Positions 1-13,412 of a DNA stretch of 64,000 bases are shown here, piece by piece. Position numbers and translations under genes: made by a program. The DNA is from Scyliorhinus canicula. Lineage: Eukaryota. A model generated the notes under the pieces. The model saw only the letters and a list, made by a program, of their open reading frames with translations. It made no database searches and was not told the origin of the DNA. Where the stretch lies: NCBI RefSeq assembly GCF_902713615.1, contig NC_052159.1:20348018-20412017 (forward strand). Reading direction: 5' to 3'. Position 1 is the first letter of the stretch; the number at the start of each line of letters is the position of its first letter.

Positions 1-1429
1 TCAAACATGTACAGTGTTAGCTTGGGTGCATCAAGTGAAAGACAGTCTGGTTTTCTGCAAAAGAATTGGATGGTCATAGCTGTAGTCGTCCGCCATTTTG
101 CAAATTTAAAATAACGTGTGGCAAATTCTGAACATAAATACTTCTGCTGTTAGTTATAATGAATCAAAGTATTTGATTTTTCTTTGATAGTGAAAATGTA
201 TTTTGCTGCTTAGTATAAGACCATAAGATGTAGAAGCAGAAGTCGGCTATTTGGCCACTGGAGCCTGTTTCCTCCCCCTCCCCCACCTCCCACCCCATTC
301 ACTGAGATCATGACTCAGCATGCGATACCACCAGATATCCTGTTGGGGAGATTTTGATGGCGCAGTCACTTCCCGAACATTCTTGGGTGTGGGATTGTAT
401 CCACCCCTGACTGACGGGATTGCAGTGCCCCCACTCCCTGTCAGCTACATGAGATTCCAGTGCAAAAGGAGTTGGCCAGGTCACAATGCATTTCTCAACA
501 AAGTCCACAAAACAGCTCATAAATTAGCACGAGTTGACAGGTTTACTGAAGGATGGCTGTGGTGCAGCAAATGGAAAGTTCACACTACACCAGTACAGGA
601 TGTTCCTCTTCCATTGCAGGGTAAGGGACACAAATACAATAGTGGGAATCCGGCTTCATACCAACCCTGAATTTTCTTTTCTTTTCAAAGGAGGAATTGC
701 ACATTGCTGTGTCGGCGTGAAAGTAAATTTATTCTGTAATCTTCACACACCATAATTTGAGGGCTCTTATTTTAGAGCACGTCCATGTCCATTCTCAGTC
801 TAAATGCACTAGGGACCTCAATGCCATTTTAGTGGCTTTGTTGCCCATTGTTCACTTTGCGCTATTATTGGACCACTTTCACCCCCACTAACTTCATTGA
901 AGCCTACTTGTGACAATAAGCGATTATTAGAATTATTAGTTTTATTATTAGCTTCTGATAAAGCTGCACTCCTTCAGTACTGCACTGAAACACTAAACTA
1001 GAGCATATGCTGGAATCACCTGTGAGATTGGCACCTTGAACCCGCGATCTTCTGACTCAAGGTTAATACCGACTGACCCGAGGAGTTATAAGACAAACTC
1101 AGTTCACATTGGATCTTCAAAGTGTGCAACAAGAGGGCAATTGCTGGGTGGTACAGTTTGGATTTAACACCAGATATCCGGACTTAAAGAACATGAAACC
1201 CAATATGCATTGCTAACCTCCTACTGACACGAGTTTCCACCACTTCTGTCCTGCATTACAAAAAGGATTACCCTTCAAATGTATTTAATTGGCGCATTGA
1301 GATGTTCAGAGGTCTTAAAAATCGCTATCTAAATGCAAGTTGTTTTTTTTTATTCATGAACTTCAGGAAGTCTGCAGATTATTAATAGACTGCACATTTG
1401 CTGGTACTATAGGAATGAAAATAGCTTGT

Positions 1430-1885
1430 CTAAGATCTCTTTTTGTTTCAGTTGGTAGCACTCTGGCCTCTGAGTCAAAAAGATGCGAGTCCAAATCCAA
1501 CTCCAGTGACCACGAGCACTGAAATCTCGGCTGACCACTCCAGCACTGTATTAGGTGGGTGCTGCACTGTCAGAAATGCCATCTTTCAGCTTGAACATTA
1601 AAGCGAGGCCCCGTCTGCTCCCTCAGGTAGACATGAAAGATTCCATGGCACTATTTCAAAGAGAGCAGCGGAGTTCTGGCCAATCCATGTCCCCCAATCG
1701 ACATCACAGAACCCGATTATCGTTGCTGCAATGCTGTTTCTGGAAGCTTTCTGTACGAAAACTGACTCTCGGGTCTCCTACATTACAACAGCAACAAAAC
1801 CTAAAACAAGTATTTAATTGGCTGTAAAGCACTTTGGAACATCCTGAGGTTGTGAAAGATGCTATGTAAATGCAAGTCTTTTTTT
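1430..1885 (+). mobile_element. Deu-domain/L2-tailed SINE (SacSINE1-like)
   Basis: Tail taattggctgtaaagcactttgg...gtgaaagatgctatgtaaatgcaagt; related minus-strand copies near 18150-18720 and 31550-31860. Confidence 0.6.
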
Positions 1886-1919
<34 letters not shown>

Positions 1920-4769
1920 TCAAACCAAGACATCTGGCTAGCTTAGTGTGAATAATGCTGATTGAGCAATGCATGATCCATGGGTACTAAAAACAAGAAC
2001 ATTGGATAGGGACGTGTTGGAAAACTGGTAAGAGTCCAAGTTATATCCTCTGTGGAAAATGTTGGTGCCTTGTTTTCAGAAGCAAAGGAGTAAGAGGAAC
2101 GTGGGCTTATCCTGTCAACCAAGAGAATGATAGTTTGCACAACTCAATTAAGGAGTTTAACACCAGTGTTGAATATGGTCGGTATTATTATGTGGTAGCA
2201 GTTCCAATCTGTCACTAGTTCAGACCTTGTGTCAATCAATGGTAAGAAGTCATTCAGGCCCCTTTACAAACAACAGAATAATCTGTGATGCTCGGTTTAT
2301 AAGTAACAAAGTCTTATTAAGTAATAAACTCTCTAGGGGCTGGTTTAGCACAAGGCTAAATCGCTGGCTTTGAAAGCAGACAAAGGCAGGCCAGCAGCAC
2401 GGTTCAATTCCCGTACCAGCCTCCCCAAACAGGTGCCAGAATGTGGTGACTAGGAGCTTTTCACAGTAACTTCATTTGAAGCCTATTTGCGACATTAAGT
2501 GATTTTCATTTGTAGCCATCTAGTAGAAAGATTCCTATCTGTTCATAGATTATGGTCAATATGAGTATAGATGTATGTGGTCTATGTAAAGAATCAACTG
2601 AATGTGAAGTTACTCTTCACAGTTTTAAAATGTCTTTCATCTCCAATTTTAAAATTATTTATTTTAAGACTTCCTGCAGCGGTCCACAATAGAGATTATT
2701 GCCTCGACAGGAAGACATAAGAAAATGATAATGGATCAAGTTTTAACGGTGAAGGTAAGTGAGAACGGAAGGTGAACAGATTGAACAGCTTTTCTTCATT
2801 CCTTTGGTCCTCCCTTTGTCTAAACCCTTGATCAGACTCTGCACCTGGTGCACCTTTGAGCTATTAAATTACAACTTACTCTAATTTCGCATTTGGATGA
2901 AACTATAGCAACGGGCAGGTAATTGATGAGTAGATGTTGCGGGTGGCACCACTGATAACTCCTTTTGCCCTAATGATTAGGAGGGACAGGAAGGGTGATA
3001 ATTAACCGGTTTATATTACTTGGTAAAGGGAGTGAACCAACCATGAGCATTGTAGTCAAGAGCTTTCATGGTCTATGGCCTTTGCTGCGTTCATCGCACT
3101 CAGCCATTTCTTTATGTTACTTGGAGTGAACTGAGTTGGCACTGCCATTTGGAGTGGTGCTGGTTTTGGGAGCTTTGGGTGGCTTTGGTAGGATTGCCCA
3201 ACGGATACTTTTTCGTCTCTTGCACTCAGATCGCTGAGGATGGAAATCTTCACCAAGCCTCCTCCTGCTCATTGCCTGACTACCCATCAGCATTCTAGGC
3301 TGAATGAGCTGACAAGTAACATTTGTTTTACCGTTTTTCATGCACATGGGATGCCAGTCCTATTCAAGACCTTTCTAAAGTGCCTTGTCATCCAGCAGAG
3401 CCTTTAATAGGCATGCTACAGTCTTCCGGTCGCAACATCGAATCCAACAACTCCAGGTGATTAGCTCTACCCCACCGAGATCCATTTGTTTTCATCCCAT
3501 TTCATTTCAAATGTCTCTCACCATTTCTTTCTTTCTTGTCTTTCTTAATATATATTTAACCCCCTCCCCCAATCTTATCCACCTTTCCTTACCCCTTCTC
3601 CCCTTTGCTTCCCCCTTCCCCTCCCCCCCACATCTCCATCAGTCACAGTTTAGCCTCTGATGTTAGTTTCTCTGCTGTTTGGCCTCTCACATCTTTTGTT
3701 CTCTCTGGGGACTGCCATTAGTACCCCGTTTCCTTGGGTTTCTGTGGCTATGACTCATCTTTCATTCTCACTCCACAGTCCCCACATTCTCTGACTGTTA
3801 GCTTTGACAAAGAGTCATTGGACTCGAAACGGTAGCTCTTTTCTCTCCCTACAGGTGCTGTCAGACCTGCTGAGATGTTCCAGCATTTTTTCTTTGGTTT
3901 CAGAGCCTTTAATGCTTGGCTTTCCTTTCAAGCCGAGATGCAGCCCATCTGGCACCAGATTATGGGTGAACAGGGCAGTTCAAAGAGGCAGCCAACTCTA
4001 AGATCACACAGTGGTAACTGAATTATCTGGTGATAGAATGGGGTGCTTGGGTACACCAACAATCTCAGTTAGTACTTTCTTACAAAGGGGGAATGATACA
4101 ATCAGTAAAAGATAGACAGTAAAATATTGCCAAATAGTCTTACTTTTTTTGAATTGCATTTGATTTAAGTCCAAAGATGCCACACGTGAAGACCTCCTTA
4201 AAAGAGGATTCTAACACAATCTTAAAATATAGAGATAGTCTGCAACCAAGGTCCTGTCAAAATTGATCAGAGGCGAAGATAGAAACAACCACATTCATTA
4301 CCTAGTCCTTGAGGAATAATTCACAGGTAGTGAGTGTATTGGGGATTTATATGCTGTACAATATCAGTAATTGGTTGCAGGTTGTCCCAAAGGCATAAAT
4401 GCTCACATAACGTAAAGTATTATGTCCTAAATTAGTTGCCAGCATACATAGCCACCTATGCATCAAATTAGATGCAAAATCAGATATCTCAATGGGCACT
4501 GCATGACAATTTGTGAAGCTGAAATCTGGGACAGGTTACTAGGTGTACCCAAGGATATGTCGCAACTCAGTCTCCTCACAATCGCTCCCTAGGGTGGGGA
4601 TACCTGATAGTTGACTAGGCTGGGCCTGTTAACTGGCAGCCATGAGGGAGCTGAAACAGCTTAATGAATGTGAGCTGTGTGTTCTGCTGCTGTCAAAAAG
4701 TAGGTTGATGACAAAAATGGTGCCAACAAAAATCCCAAGTTTTCAACTTTCCTAGCAGATAATACCTGC

Positions 4770-5790
4770 AAAAATCAATCCTGTTCAATTCCATCTCAGT
4801 CTCGGAACATCACTGCAGGAGTTCCTCAGGGTAGTGGTCTAGGTCCAGCCATCTTCAGTTGCTTTATCAATGACCTTCAAGCCAACATAAGGTCAGGGCC
4901 AGAATTCTCCACCCTTTGGGATTCTCGTTTCCCACTGGCAGGGCACCACTGCCCGTGGGACCCTGGCAGCATGGGGTGGCTTCAATGAGGAATCCCATTG
5001 ACAAGCGGCAGAAGAGAGAATCCTGCCACCAACGAACAGTGCGCATTGAGAAACACGCAGCTGGGGGAACCAGAGAACCCCGCCCCAGATGTGGGATGTT
5101 CGCTGATAATTGCACAATGTTCAGCCCCATTCGCAATTCCTCAGACACTAAAAGGAGTCAACATGCAAATGCAGCAAGACCTGGACAATATCCAGGCATG
5201 GGCTGACAAGTGGCAAGTTACATGTGCGCCATACATGTGCCAGGCAATGACCATCTCCAATAAGAATCCCCCAATGTCAACATCCTGGCGGTTACTATTG
5301 ACCAGAAACTGAACTGGACTAGCCATGTAAATACTGTGGCTACAAGAGCAGGTCAGAGGCTAGGAATCTTGCAGTGAGTAACTCACCACATGACCCCCCC
5401 AAAGCTTGTCCACCATCTACAAGGCACAAGTCAGGAGTGTAATGGAATACTCCCCAATTGCCTGGATGAGTGCAGTTCCAACAACACTCAAGAAGCTTGA
5501 CATTATCCAACCTGCTTGATTGGCACCCCTTCCACAAACATTCACTCCCTCCACCAATGTCGCACAGTAGCAGCCGTGTGTAACATCTACAAGATGCACT
5601 GCAGGAACACACCAAGGTTCCTTAGGCAGCACCTTCCAAACCCACAACTGCTACCATCTAGAAGGACAAGGGCAGCGGATACATGGAAACCCCACCACCT
5701 GCAAGTTCCCCTCCATGCCACGTGCCATCCTGTCTTGGAAATATATCACCGTTCCTTCACTGTCGCTGGGTCAAAATCCTGGAACTACAT
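4770..5790 (+). mobile_element. CR1/L2-group LINE 3' fragment
   Basis: GVPQGS, FAD and QQDLDNIQAWADKWQV motifs, degraded. Confidence 0.8.
4897..5085. mobile_element. Small MITE inserted in a LINE RT fragment
   Basis: Imperfect TIRs related to the other MITEs; 3-bp TSD CAG; LINE sequence resumes after it. Confidence 0.7.
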
Positions 5791-7359
5791 GGACTGAAAG
5801 AGAAAATGCTGGAAAATCTCAGCAGGTCTGGCAGCATCTGTAGGGAGAGAAAAGAGCTTCTCTCCCTACAGATGCTGCCAGACCTGATGAGATTTTCCAG
5901 CATTTTCTCTTTCGTTTCAGATTTCAGCATCCGCAGTAATTTGCTCTTAAACTACATGGACTGGAGCAGTTCAAGAAGGCAGCTCCCAATCACCTTTTCA
6001 TGGGCAATTAGGGTTGGGAAACAAATGCCGGCCTAGCCAGGGAAACCTACATTCCATAAAAATGAATTCAAAAAATTATTATTATTCCCCCAGTGATTGT
6101 ATTCCACTGTATTCCTGGAACCACTTCATTGCCCACTCATGGCTTTCGGCACTAATCCAACTGGATTTTCCCAGAGTAACTAATTTAAATAGTGTTGGAT
6201 GGGTTGGATTTCCACCTGCACCAGGGGTCTCTCCTTTGGAGGGATCTGGGGGTTGCTGGGGTGTTTAAGGCTAGCCAGAACATCCTTGGCTCAGGCTGGG
6301 AAAAGAGTGAGCAGGAGGAAGTAGTTACTTGTCCCCAGTGTAGCTCAGAAAGGACATTCCATTGTTTCTCCATTTAAAATTAATCGATCCAGCCTATAAT
6401 GAACTGTGCTGAAATTGCGCACTATTTACAATTTAAGCTCACCCATTCTGAGGAATGCAACACAACAGCAGTCCTGATGTTCAAAACAGTCAAAGTATTA
6501 ACAAAGGCGAACATGGCAAGCTTTGTTTCAATCATTAAGCCTTCCGACTAGAGCGGCTCAAAGAAAAATGGATGTGTTCAGGAAACGTGCGAAAGGATCA
6601 ATGAGACCCATTCTCTTCCCCCACCACTCCCCCCAGTCCCCTGCTATTTCTTCCATGTTGCCCATCCCGTTACTGAAACATCTCTGCCAGTAGGTGAGAA
6701 ACAATGCCAAAAGTTACACTATGGCTAAGGCGTAAGGCCATAAGACACAAGTAGACCATTCAGACCATCATGTCTGCTCCGTCATTCTTTGAAATCATGA
6801 CTGAACTGATCTGATAATCCTCAACTCCACTTCCCTGCCTTGTCCTCATAACCTTTGATTCCCATGTTTGAAGATGGTTTAATTTTCCACAATGGTACTT
6901 TTTGATCACTTGTACTGCCCTTTGAAAGGAAAAGGAGCTCAAGTAATTGATCTTCATATGGAAGATCTAAAGTCACACCTGCTTATGGCGGTTCTCCAAT
7001 ATTCCCCGCAAGTCAACTTTTCCTTTTGGAATGCAATGAGGAAGGGTTTGGAGCAAAGGCCAGACATCCCCTTATGAGGAAGAGAGGAAGTTAGAGTTTC
7101 ACCCATGCAGCACGGAAAATGTAAGTGTGACATGGCTATCCCCTGGAAGTGTCAACCATGTCCTTGAACACGGAGTGTTAAAACTGAGCCAAAATCTAAA
7201 ATAATTGAAAATCCCCAACAGATTTTATTCTTGTGGGCAAGGCCAGCATTTGTTGCCCATCCCTAATTGCTCTTGAACTGAGTGTCTTGCTAGGCTATTT
7301 CAGAGGGCAGTTAAGAGTCATTGCTGTGGGTCTGGAGTCACATGTAGGCCAGACCAGGT

Positions 7360-8297
7360 TGTTAGCCTTTGGCTGCTGTTGAGTAAAGAGTCAAGAGTTC
7401 TGCTCCTTTCCCAAAGACCGTTATTTTCCTTGAACACACTCCATATAAACCTCTTTCACCACCACAAGTGCCATCTGCAACCCCTTTATATAATCAGTGT
7501 CAATTATTGGATACATAGGGCGCGATTCTCCCAAAACGGGAGAAATCGTAAAGCAGCCGTAAAACCCGGGCGGGTTTTACGGCAGCGCGCCCCTTCCCGA
7601 CCGGGGACCGATTCTGGTCCCCGGTCGGGGCTAGCAGCCCGACGCCGTAGGCTCCGGCAAGACGGGCTTAACGAAAATCGTTAAGCCCGCTTGCCGGAGT
7701 TAGCGCCGGCTGACGCGTCATATGACGTCAGCCGCGCATGCGCAGTTTGGAAGACTCCAACCCGCGCATGCGCGGGTGACGTCATCGCGTTTTTTGCGCG
7801 AAACCCGCGCATGCGCGGGCCGGGTTGCCCCTCAGCCGCCCCGCGAATGGATACTGCGGGGCGGCGGAAGGACAAGTAGTGCGCGGGCATCGGGCCCGCT
7901 GCCCGCGATCGGTGCCCACCGATCGCGGGCCCATGGCACCCTTGGCACGGCCGTGGTACGGCCGTGCCAATCGGTGCCATGGTTATTAATAGCGAGTTTG
8001 TGACGCCGTTTTTACGAACGGCAAGACCAGGTGTGTTTGCCGTTCGTAAAAACGGCGGAAAGGGCTGGGACTTCGGCCCATCTAACAGCTGAGAATCGCT
8101 GCCGGCCGTAAAAAAACGGCGGCAGCGATTCGGGTCGGGACTTCGGCGGGGGGGGGGGGGGGGAGAATAGCGGGAGGGCAGCAAAAATGTCGGGAAGGCC
8201 CTCCCGCTATTCTCCCACCCGTCGTGGGGGGCGGAGAATTTCGCCCTTAACATCAATTTGACAAGTAATTGGAATCTCTCTTAACCCATTGCTAGCA
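7360..8297. mobile_element. Short solo LTR (about 210 bp net) carrying a nested MITE, itself inserted in a SINE/CR1-tail repeat
   Basis: TGTTAGC...GCTAGCA termini; 5-bp TSD CAGGT (7355-7359, 8298-8302). Confidence 0.75.
7518..8246. mobile_element. GC-rich non-autonomous TIR element (Harbinger-type MITE)
   Basis: TIRs GGGCGCGATTCTCC / GGAGAATTTCGCCC; internal palindromes; TSD imperfect. Confidence 0.8.
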
Positions 8298-8853
8298 CAG
8301 GTAAGGACGGCAGATTTCCTCCCGAAAGGACATCAGTGAACCAGCTGGATTATTAATTATGAGAATTTCATGGCCACCATTACTGAGGCCAGCTTTCAGA
8401 TCCAGGCTTTATTAATTGACTTTAAATTCCACCAGTTGCTGTGGTGGAATTGGAACCTGTCTGAACTTTGGGCATTAGCCTGGGCCTCGGGATTACTAGT
8501 CAAGTGACATTTAGGGGAGCTGATGGCATAGTGGTACTGTCACTGGGTTAGTAATCCAGAGACCCAGGGTAATGCTCCAGGTACCTGGCTTCAAATCCCA
8601 CCATGGCAGATGGTGGAATTTGAAATCAATAAAAATCTGGAATTGAATTCAGTAAAATCTAGAATTAAAAGTCCAATGAAAACACTGTTGAGTCATCAGG
8701 TTCACTAAAGAAATCTGCTGCCCTTACCTGGGCTACCCTACATGTCACTCCAGCCCCCAGCACACATAGCAATGTGGTTGACTTTTAAATGCTCTCTTAA
8801 AGTGAGCACAGTAAGAGGTCTTACAACACCAGGTTAAAGTCCAACATGTTTGT

Positions 8854-8900
8854 TTCAAACACTAGCTTTCGGAGCACTGCTCCTTCCTCAGGTGAATGAA
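8854..8900 (-). ncRNA. Minimal hammerhead ribozyme motif (mirror copy)
   Basis: Reverse complement of the 9795-9841 motif. Confidence 0.72.
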
Positions 8901-9794
8901 GGGGTATGTTCCAGAAACATATATATAGACAAATTCAAAGATGCCAGACAATGCTTAGGATGCGAACATTTGCAAGTAATTGAATCTTTACAGATCCAGA
9001 TATAGGGGTTGCCCCGGGTTAAAGAGGTGTGAATTGTCTCAAGCCAGGACAGTTGGTAGGATTTTGCAAGCCCAGGCCAGATGGTGGGGGATGAATGTAA
9101 TGCAACATGAATCCCAGGTCCCGGTTGAGGCCGTACTCATGTGTGCGGAACTTGGCTATAAGTTTCTGCATTGTCGCGCGTCCTGAAGGCCGCCTTGGAG
9201 AACCCTTACCCGGAGATCAGAGGCTGAATGTCCTTGACTGCTGAAGTGTTCCTGCCTGGTGATTGTCTCGTGATGTCCGTTCATTCATTGTCGCAGCGTT
9301 TGCATGGTCTCACCAATGTACCATGCTTCAGCACATCCTTTCCATTGGCGAGACCATGCAGACGCTGTGACAATGAATGAACGGACATCACGCGACAATC
9401 ACCGGGCAGGAATGTTCCCTTCCAGTCGGGGAACACTTCAGCAGTCAAGGGCATTCAGCCTCTGATCTCCGGGTAAGCGTTCTCCAAGGCGGCCTTCAGG
9501 ACGCACGACAACGCAGAATCGCTGAGCAGAAACTTATAGCCAAGTTCCGCACACATGAGTACAGCCTCAACCGGGACCTGGGATTCATGTCGCATTACAT
9601 TCATCCCCCACCATCTGGCCTGGGTTTGCAAAATCCTACCAACTGTCCTGGCTTGAGACAATTCACGCCTCTTTAACCTGGGGTAACCCCTCTCTCTGGA
9701 TCTGTAAAGATTCAATTACCTGCAAATGCTCGCATTCTAAGCATTGTCTGGCATCTTTGAATTTGTCTGTATATATGTTTCTGGAACAAACCTC

Positions 9795-9841
9795 TTCATT
9801 CACCTGAGGAAGGAGCAGTGCTCCGAAAGCTAGTGTTTGAA
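9795..9841 (+). ncRNA. Minimal type-I hammerhead ribozyme motif (Penelope-associated)
   Basis: ttcattcac CTGAGGA a ggagc-agt-gctcc GAAA GCTA gtgtttgaa: CUGANGA/GAAA core, stems I and II, palindromic AGCU stem III. Confidence 0.75.
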
Positions 9842-9994
9842 ACAAACATGTCCCATGCCGGCATCTCCACATCATGGCCTCTTAAAGTGAGACACTGAGC
9901 TCAAGGGGCAATTATGGATGGGCAACAAATGCTGGCCTTGCCAGTGATGCCCACATCGCAGGAAGAAACAAATGCAGCTCAATACAGGTTTTGG

Positions 9995-10635
9995 CCAGTG
10001 ATGCATACTCAGTTATCCTTCATTGGCAGAGGTATAGAATATAAAAGTAAAGATATAATGTTGGAATTGTATAAAAGACTGGTGAGGCCACAACATTGTG
10101 TGCAGTTCTGGTCACCACGTTACAGGAAGGAAGTAATTGCTCTGGAGAGAGTGCAGAGGAGGTTTACAGGAATGTGGTCAGGGCTAGAAAAGTGCAGCTA
10201 TGAGGAGAGATTGGATAGTTTGGGTTATTTTCCTTGGAACAAAGAAGGCTGAGGGGTGACTTAATTCAGTTGTACAAAATTATGAGGGGAAGAGATAGAG
10301 TGGACAGAATAAAATTGTTTCCTTTGGTGGAGAATTCTAGAACCAAGGACATAGATTCAAGATAAGTGGCAGAAGGTATGGAGGAGTCATGAGGAAGAAC
10401 GTTTTTACGCAGAGGGTAGTGGGAGCCTGGAATTCACTGTCCGGGTTGTGGTGGAGGCAGAGACCCTAAACGCTTTTAAAAGGTACCTGGATCTGCACCT
10501 TAAGTGCTGTAAGCTACAGGGCTACGGACCAGGTGCAGGGAGGTGGGATTAGAAAGGGCACCTGGGTGTCTTTGGGCTGACATGGACAAGATGGGCCGAA
10601 TGGCCATCTTCCGTGCTGTATCATTTCTATGATTC
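9995..10635 (+). mobile_element. CR1 LINE 3' fragment
   Basis: IEYKSKDIMLELYKRLVRP...LERVQRRFT; ttctatgattcta tail. Confidence 0.85.
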
Positions 10636-11979
10636 TAATGATAACTTTTACACATATCAAATCTGCACACTTTGTGCTGAATGACAACTACTAAGCCATG
10701 AATCAGACATTGCAAAATGGAAATGTCATCCGCTAAAACCACCCAACAACCAACAATACATGGTTATTGTTCTCATTTTGGAGTTTGCAACATAAACATT
10801 AATACAAGTTTTTATTGACTTTGACACCACATCAAATAAATACAGAAACTGTTCAAATCAGGAAGATCAGGAAGCAGGATGATTGTAAGAGAATCTGTCA
10901 ATATATCATTCACTTTTGAGTTGTAAATCATAGATAAGAGCCAATTCCTAATCGCAAGATGGGAGCTGATGTCTTCGAATTTGGCACGGCTACTTTAATT
11001 AAATATTTGTACGTGGGAAGAATTCAACAGATAAAGACAACATTCTGCCAGCTTGTTTTATTCATCGCATGTAGGCGTTTATTGTCCATCCCTAATTGCC
11101 CTAGTTGCTTGCATGGCCATTCAGAGGGCATTTAAGACTCAACCACACAGCTATGGATCTGGAATCACATGTAGGCCAGATCAGGAAAAGACGGCAGATT
11201 TTCTTCCCTAAAGGACATGAGTGAACCAGGTGGGGTTTTACAACAATCGACATCATTAGATTTTTAATTCCAGACTTACTGAATTCAAATGTTATCATCT
11301 GTCGTGGAGAGATTCGAACCCAGGGTCCCAGATCATTGCTCTGGGTCTCGGGATCACAAATCCACTGACAATACCACTACGCCACTCTCTCAGGTTGGTA
11401 GGAATAAGAATTGTACAGAATCACAGCTCCTAATTTCTCACTATTAAGGAAATATTCCAACTTGTCTTTCTCAAATCCCAAGTGGTCAACCTCACAAATG
11501 GAACTCCATGGTTTTGCCCACTCCTTTATGAAAATGAAATGAAATGAAAATCGCTTATTGTCACGAGTAGGCTTCAATGAAGTTACTGTGAAAAGCCCCT
11601 AGTCGCCACATTCCGGCGCCTGTCCAGGGAGGCTGGTACAGGTTAGTCTGCTAATGTCCTTTTGATAATTTCACGTTCCTGACCATACAATTTACCACTA
11701 ACAAAATGCCACCTGCAAACTTCGGTGTACTTTCCATTCCTTCATCTAAGTCATTGATAAATATGGTGAGAAGCTGAGGTCCCAATATAGATTCCTGGAA
11801 AACACAAGATACCACTGCCAAGGGGAAATTGGGGCAGGAGCTGGATGAGCACTCAGGAGTAATGCATATCAAAGGCAGACTTTGTTGATAGCAGGCAGTC
11901 CCAAGGCATAAAGCATTGCCTTGTGACGCAGTGGGTAGCGTCTCTGTCTCTGGGCCAGAAGCTCCGTGTTTGAGCTCCG

Positions 11980-12392
11980 GTAGCATAGCGGTTAGCACTG
12001 TGGCTTCACAACACCAGGGTCCCAGGTTCAATTCCCCGTTGGGTCACTGACTGTGCAGAGTCTGCACGTTCTCCCCGTGTCTGCGTGGGTTTCCTCCGGG
12101 TGCTCCGGTTTCCTCCCACAGTCCAAAGACGTGCAGGTTTGGTGGATTGGCCATGGTAAATTGCCCTTAGTGTCCAAAAAGGTTATGAAATGAAAATGAA
12201 AATCGCTTATTGTCACGAGTAGACTTCAATGAAGTTACTGTGAAAAGCTCCTAGTCGCCACATTCCGGCGCCTGTCCGGGGAGGCTGGTTATTGGGTTAG
12301 TGGGATAGGGTGAAAGTGATGGCTTAAGTGGGTCAGTGCAGACTCGATGGGCCTAATGGCCTCCTTCTGCACTGTTTGTTCTATGTTCTATG
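11980..12392 (+). mobile_element. HE1-like SINE with a nested short retroposon (about 12186-12286, minus strand)
   Basis: SINE head, core and tail interrupted by a (gaaat)n-tailed element flanked by ggttat duplicates. Confidence 0.78.
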
Positions 12393-13412
12393 AGTCCCCC
12401 CCCAGGACTTAATGGTCAAGGAAGGTGCGTTCGTAAAACGACCAAACAGGTTGAGTGTGTCAACCTGCAAATCCTTCCAAACCGGTGGTAAGAACAGGAG
12501 AGACAATCCTGGTCTGGGCTCAGAGACACTCCTGGTCAGCCAGGCTTGACCCACAAGCTATAAGCCTCTGGTGACAGACTAGTGATCTGTTCCGGGAATT
12601 ACTGGCTGTGGAAACAGACAAAGGTCTGCCTTTGTGTATCACGAGTTGCGGGAAGAGAATTTAAATGAAGTCCCAATGAATAAGTATTCCTGAATAGAGG
12701 TGGCGACAACAGGAAAATCCCAACTTGGAGAACAATTTTTTGGATGCTGGCCAGCATTGGGCCTCGAAGGGCAAAGGGCACGATCAAATGCGACAATTTA
12801 TTTTGCTTTCCCAATATTGCGGACTGCTCATTTCTGGCAAGTAATTCCAGTCCACCACATTGGGAGCTTACAAAGCTGCCGAGCATCCAGAAGTTTCCCA
12901 CTGCACACCATCCATTTAAATCCATAGGAGCAGTGATGTGGTCTCCAGAATCTCATCAGCCTACTCGGCAACCTGTCCGCCGCCTGCTTATTTTTCTTTT
13001 ATAATCCTCTCCAGTCGATTGTAATAAAGGTGTTTTCAAATTCTCTGGTCGCATAATTGTGTTGACAGGCCATTCACCGGAAAGGAGGAGGCCATTTGGC
13101 CCATCGTGCTTTTGTTAGCTCTCCATGGAAGAGCTATCCACATAGTTCCCCTTTCTCTGTGTCCTTTTAATTATTTCATTCTTCAACAAGGTGGGAAAAG
13201 TAGAGATGTGGATTCTCATTCAAGGAGAAAGACGATCGCTGGAAGGAAGACTTTGTCGGACAAAGTATTTGTTGGAATGCCAAGCCAAGGTATCAGTACA
13301 CAATGGAAGTGTGTTTTACAAACAAAAAATACTGTAATGGTTTGCTCATAAAGGTATGAATTAACTGAAACAATGTATTGTCTGTCAATGTTATAGAATT
13401 TTCTGGATCATT

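Larger units (their letters stand above)
8812..9875. mobile_element. Penelope-like element remnant as an inverted pair of 3' ends (GIY-YIG C-terminus)
   Basis: IGETMQ...MNGH...PVGEHFS...RRIAEQKLIAKFRTHEYSLNRD on the + strand and its mirror on the - strand. Confidence 0.88.

Noticed and set aside
320-870. 116-aa ORF or possible processed pseudogene
   Set aside because: No recognisable product; the minus strand hints at a heavily decayed LINE end, but too weakly to call
1887-1916. Long poly-C/poly-G runs (also near 15460, 17750, 29755, 29897)
   Set aside because: Simple homopolymers common in these repeats; lengths are unreliable in assemblies
7379-8256. GC-rich ORFs up to 191 aa (also 29458-30252)
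   Set aside because: They arise from stop-poor GC-rich MITE sequence
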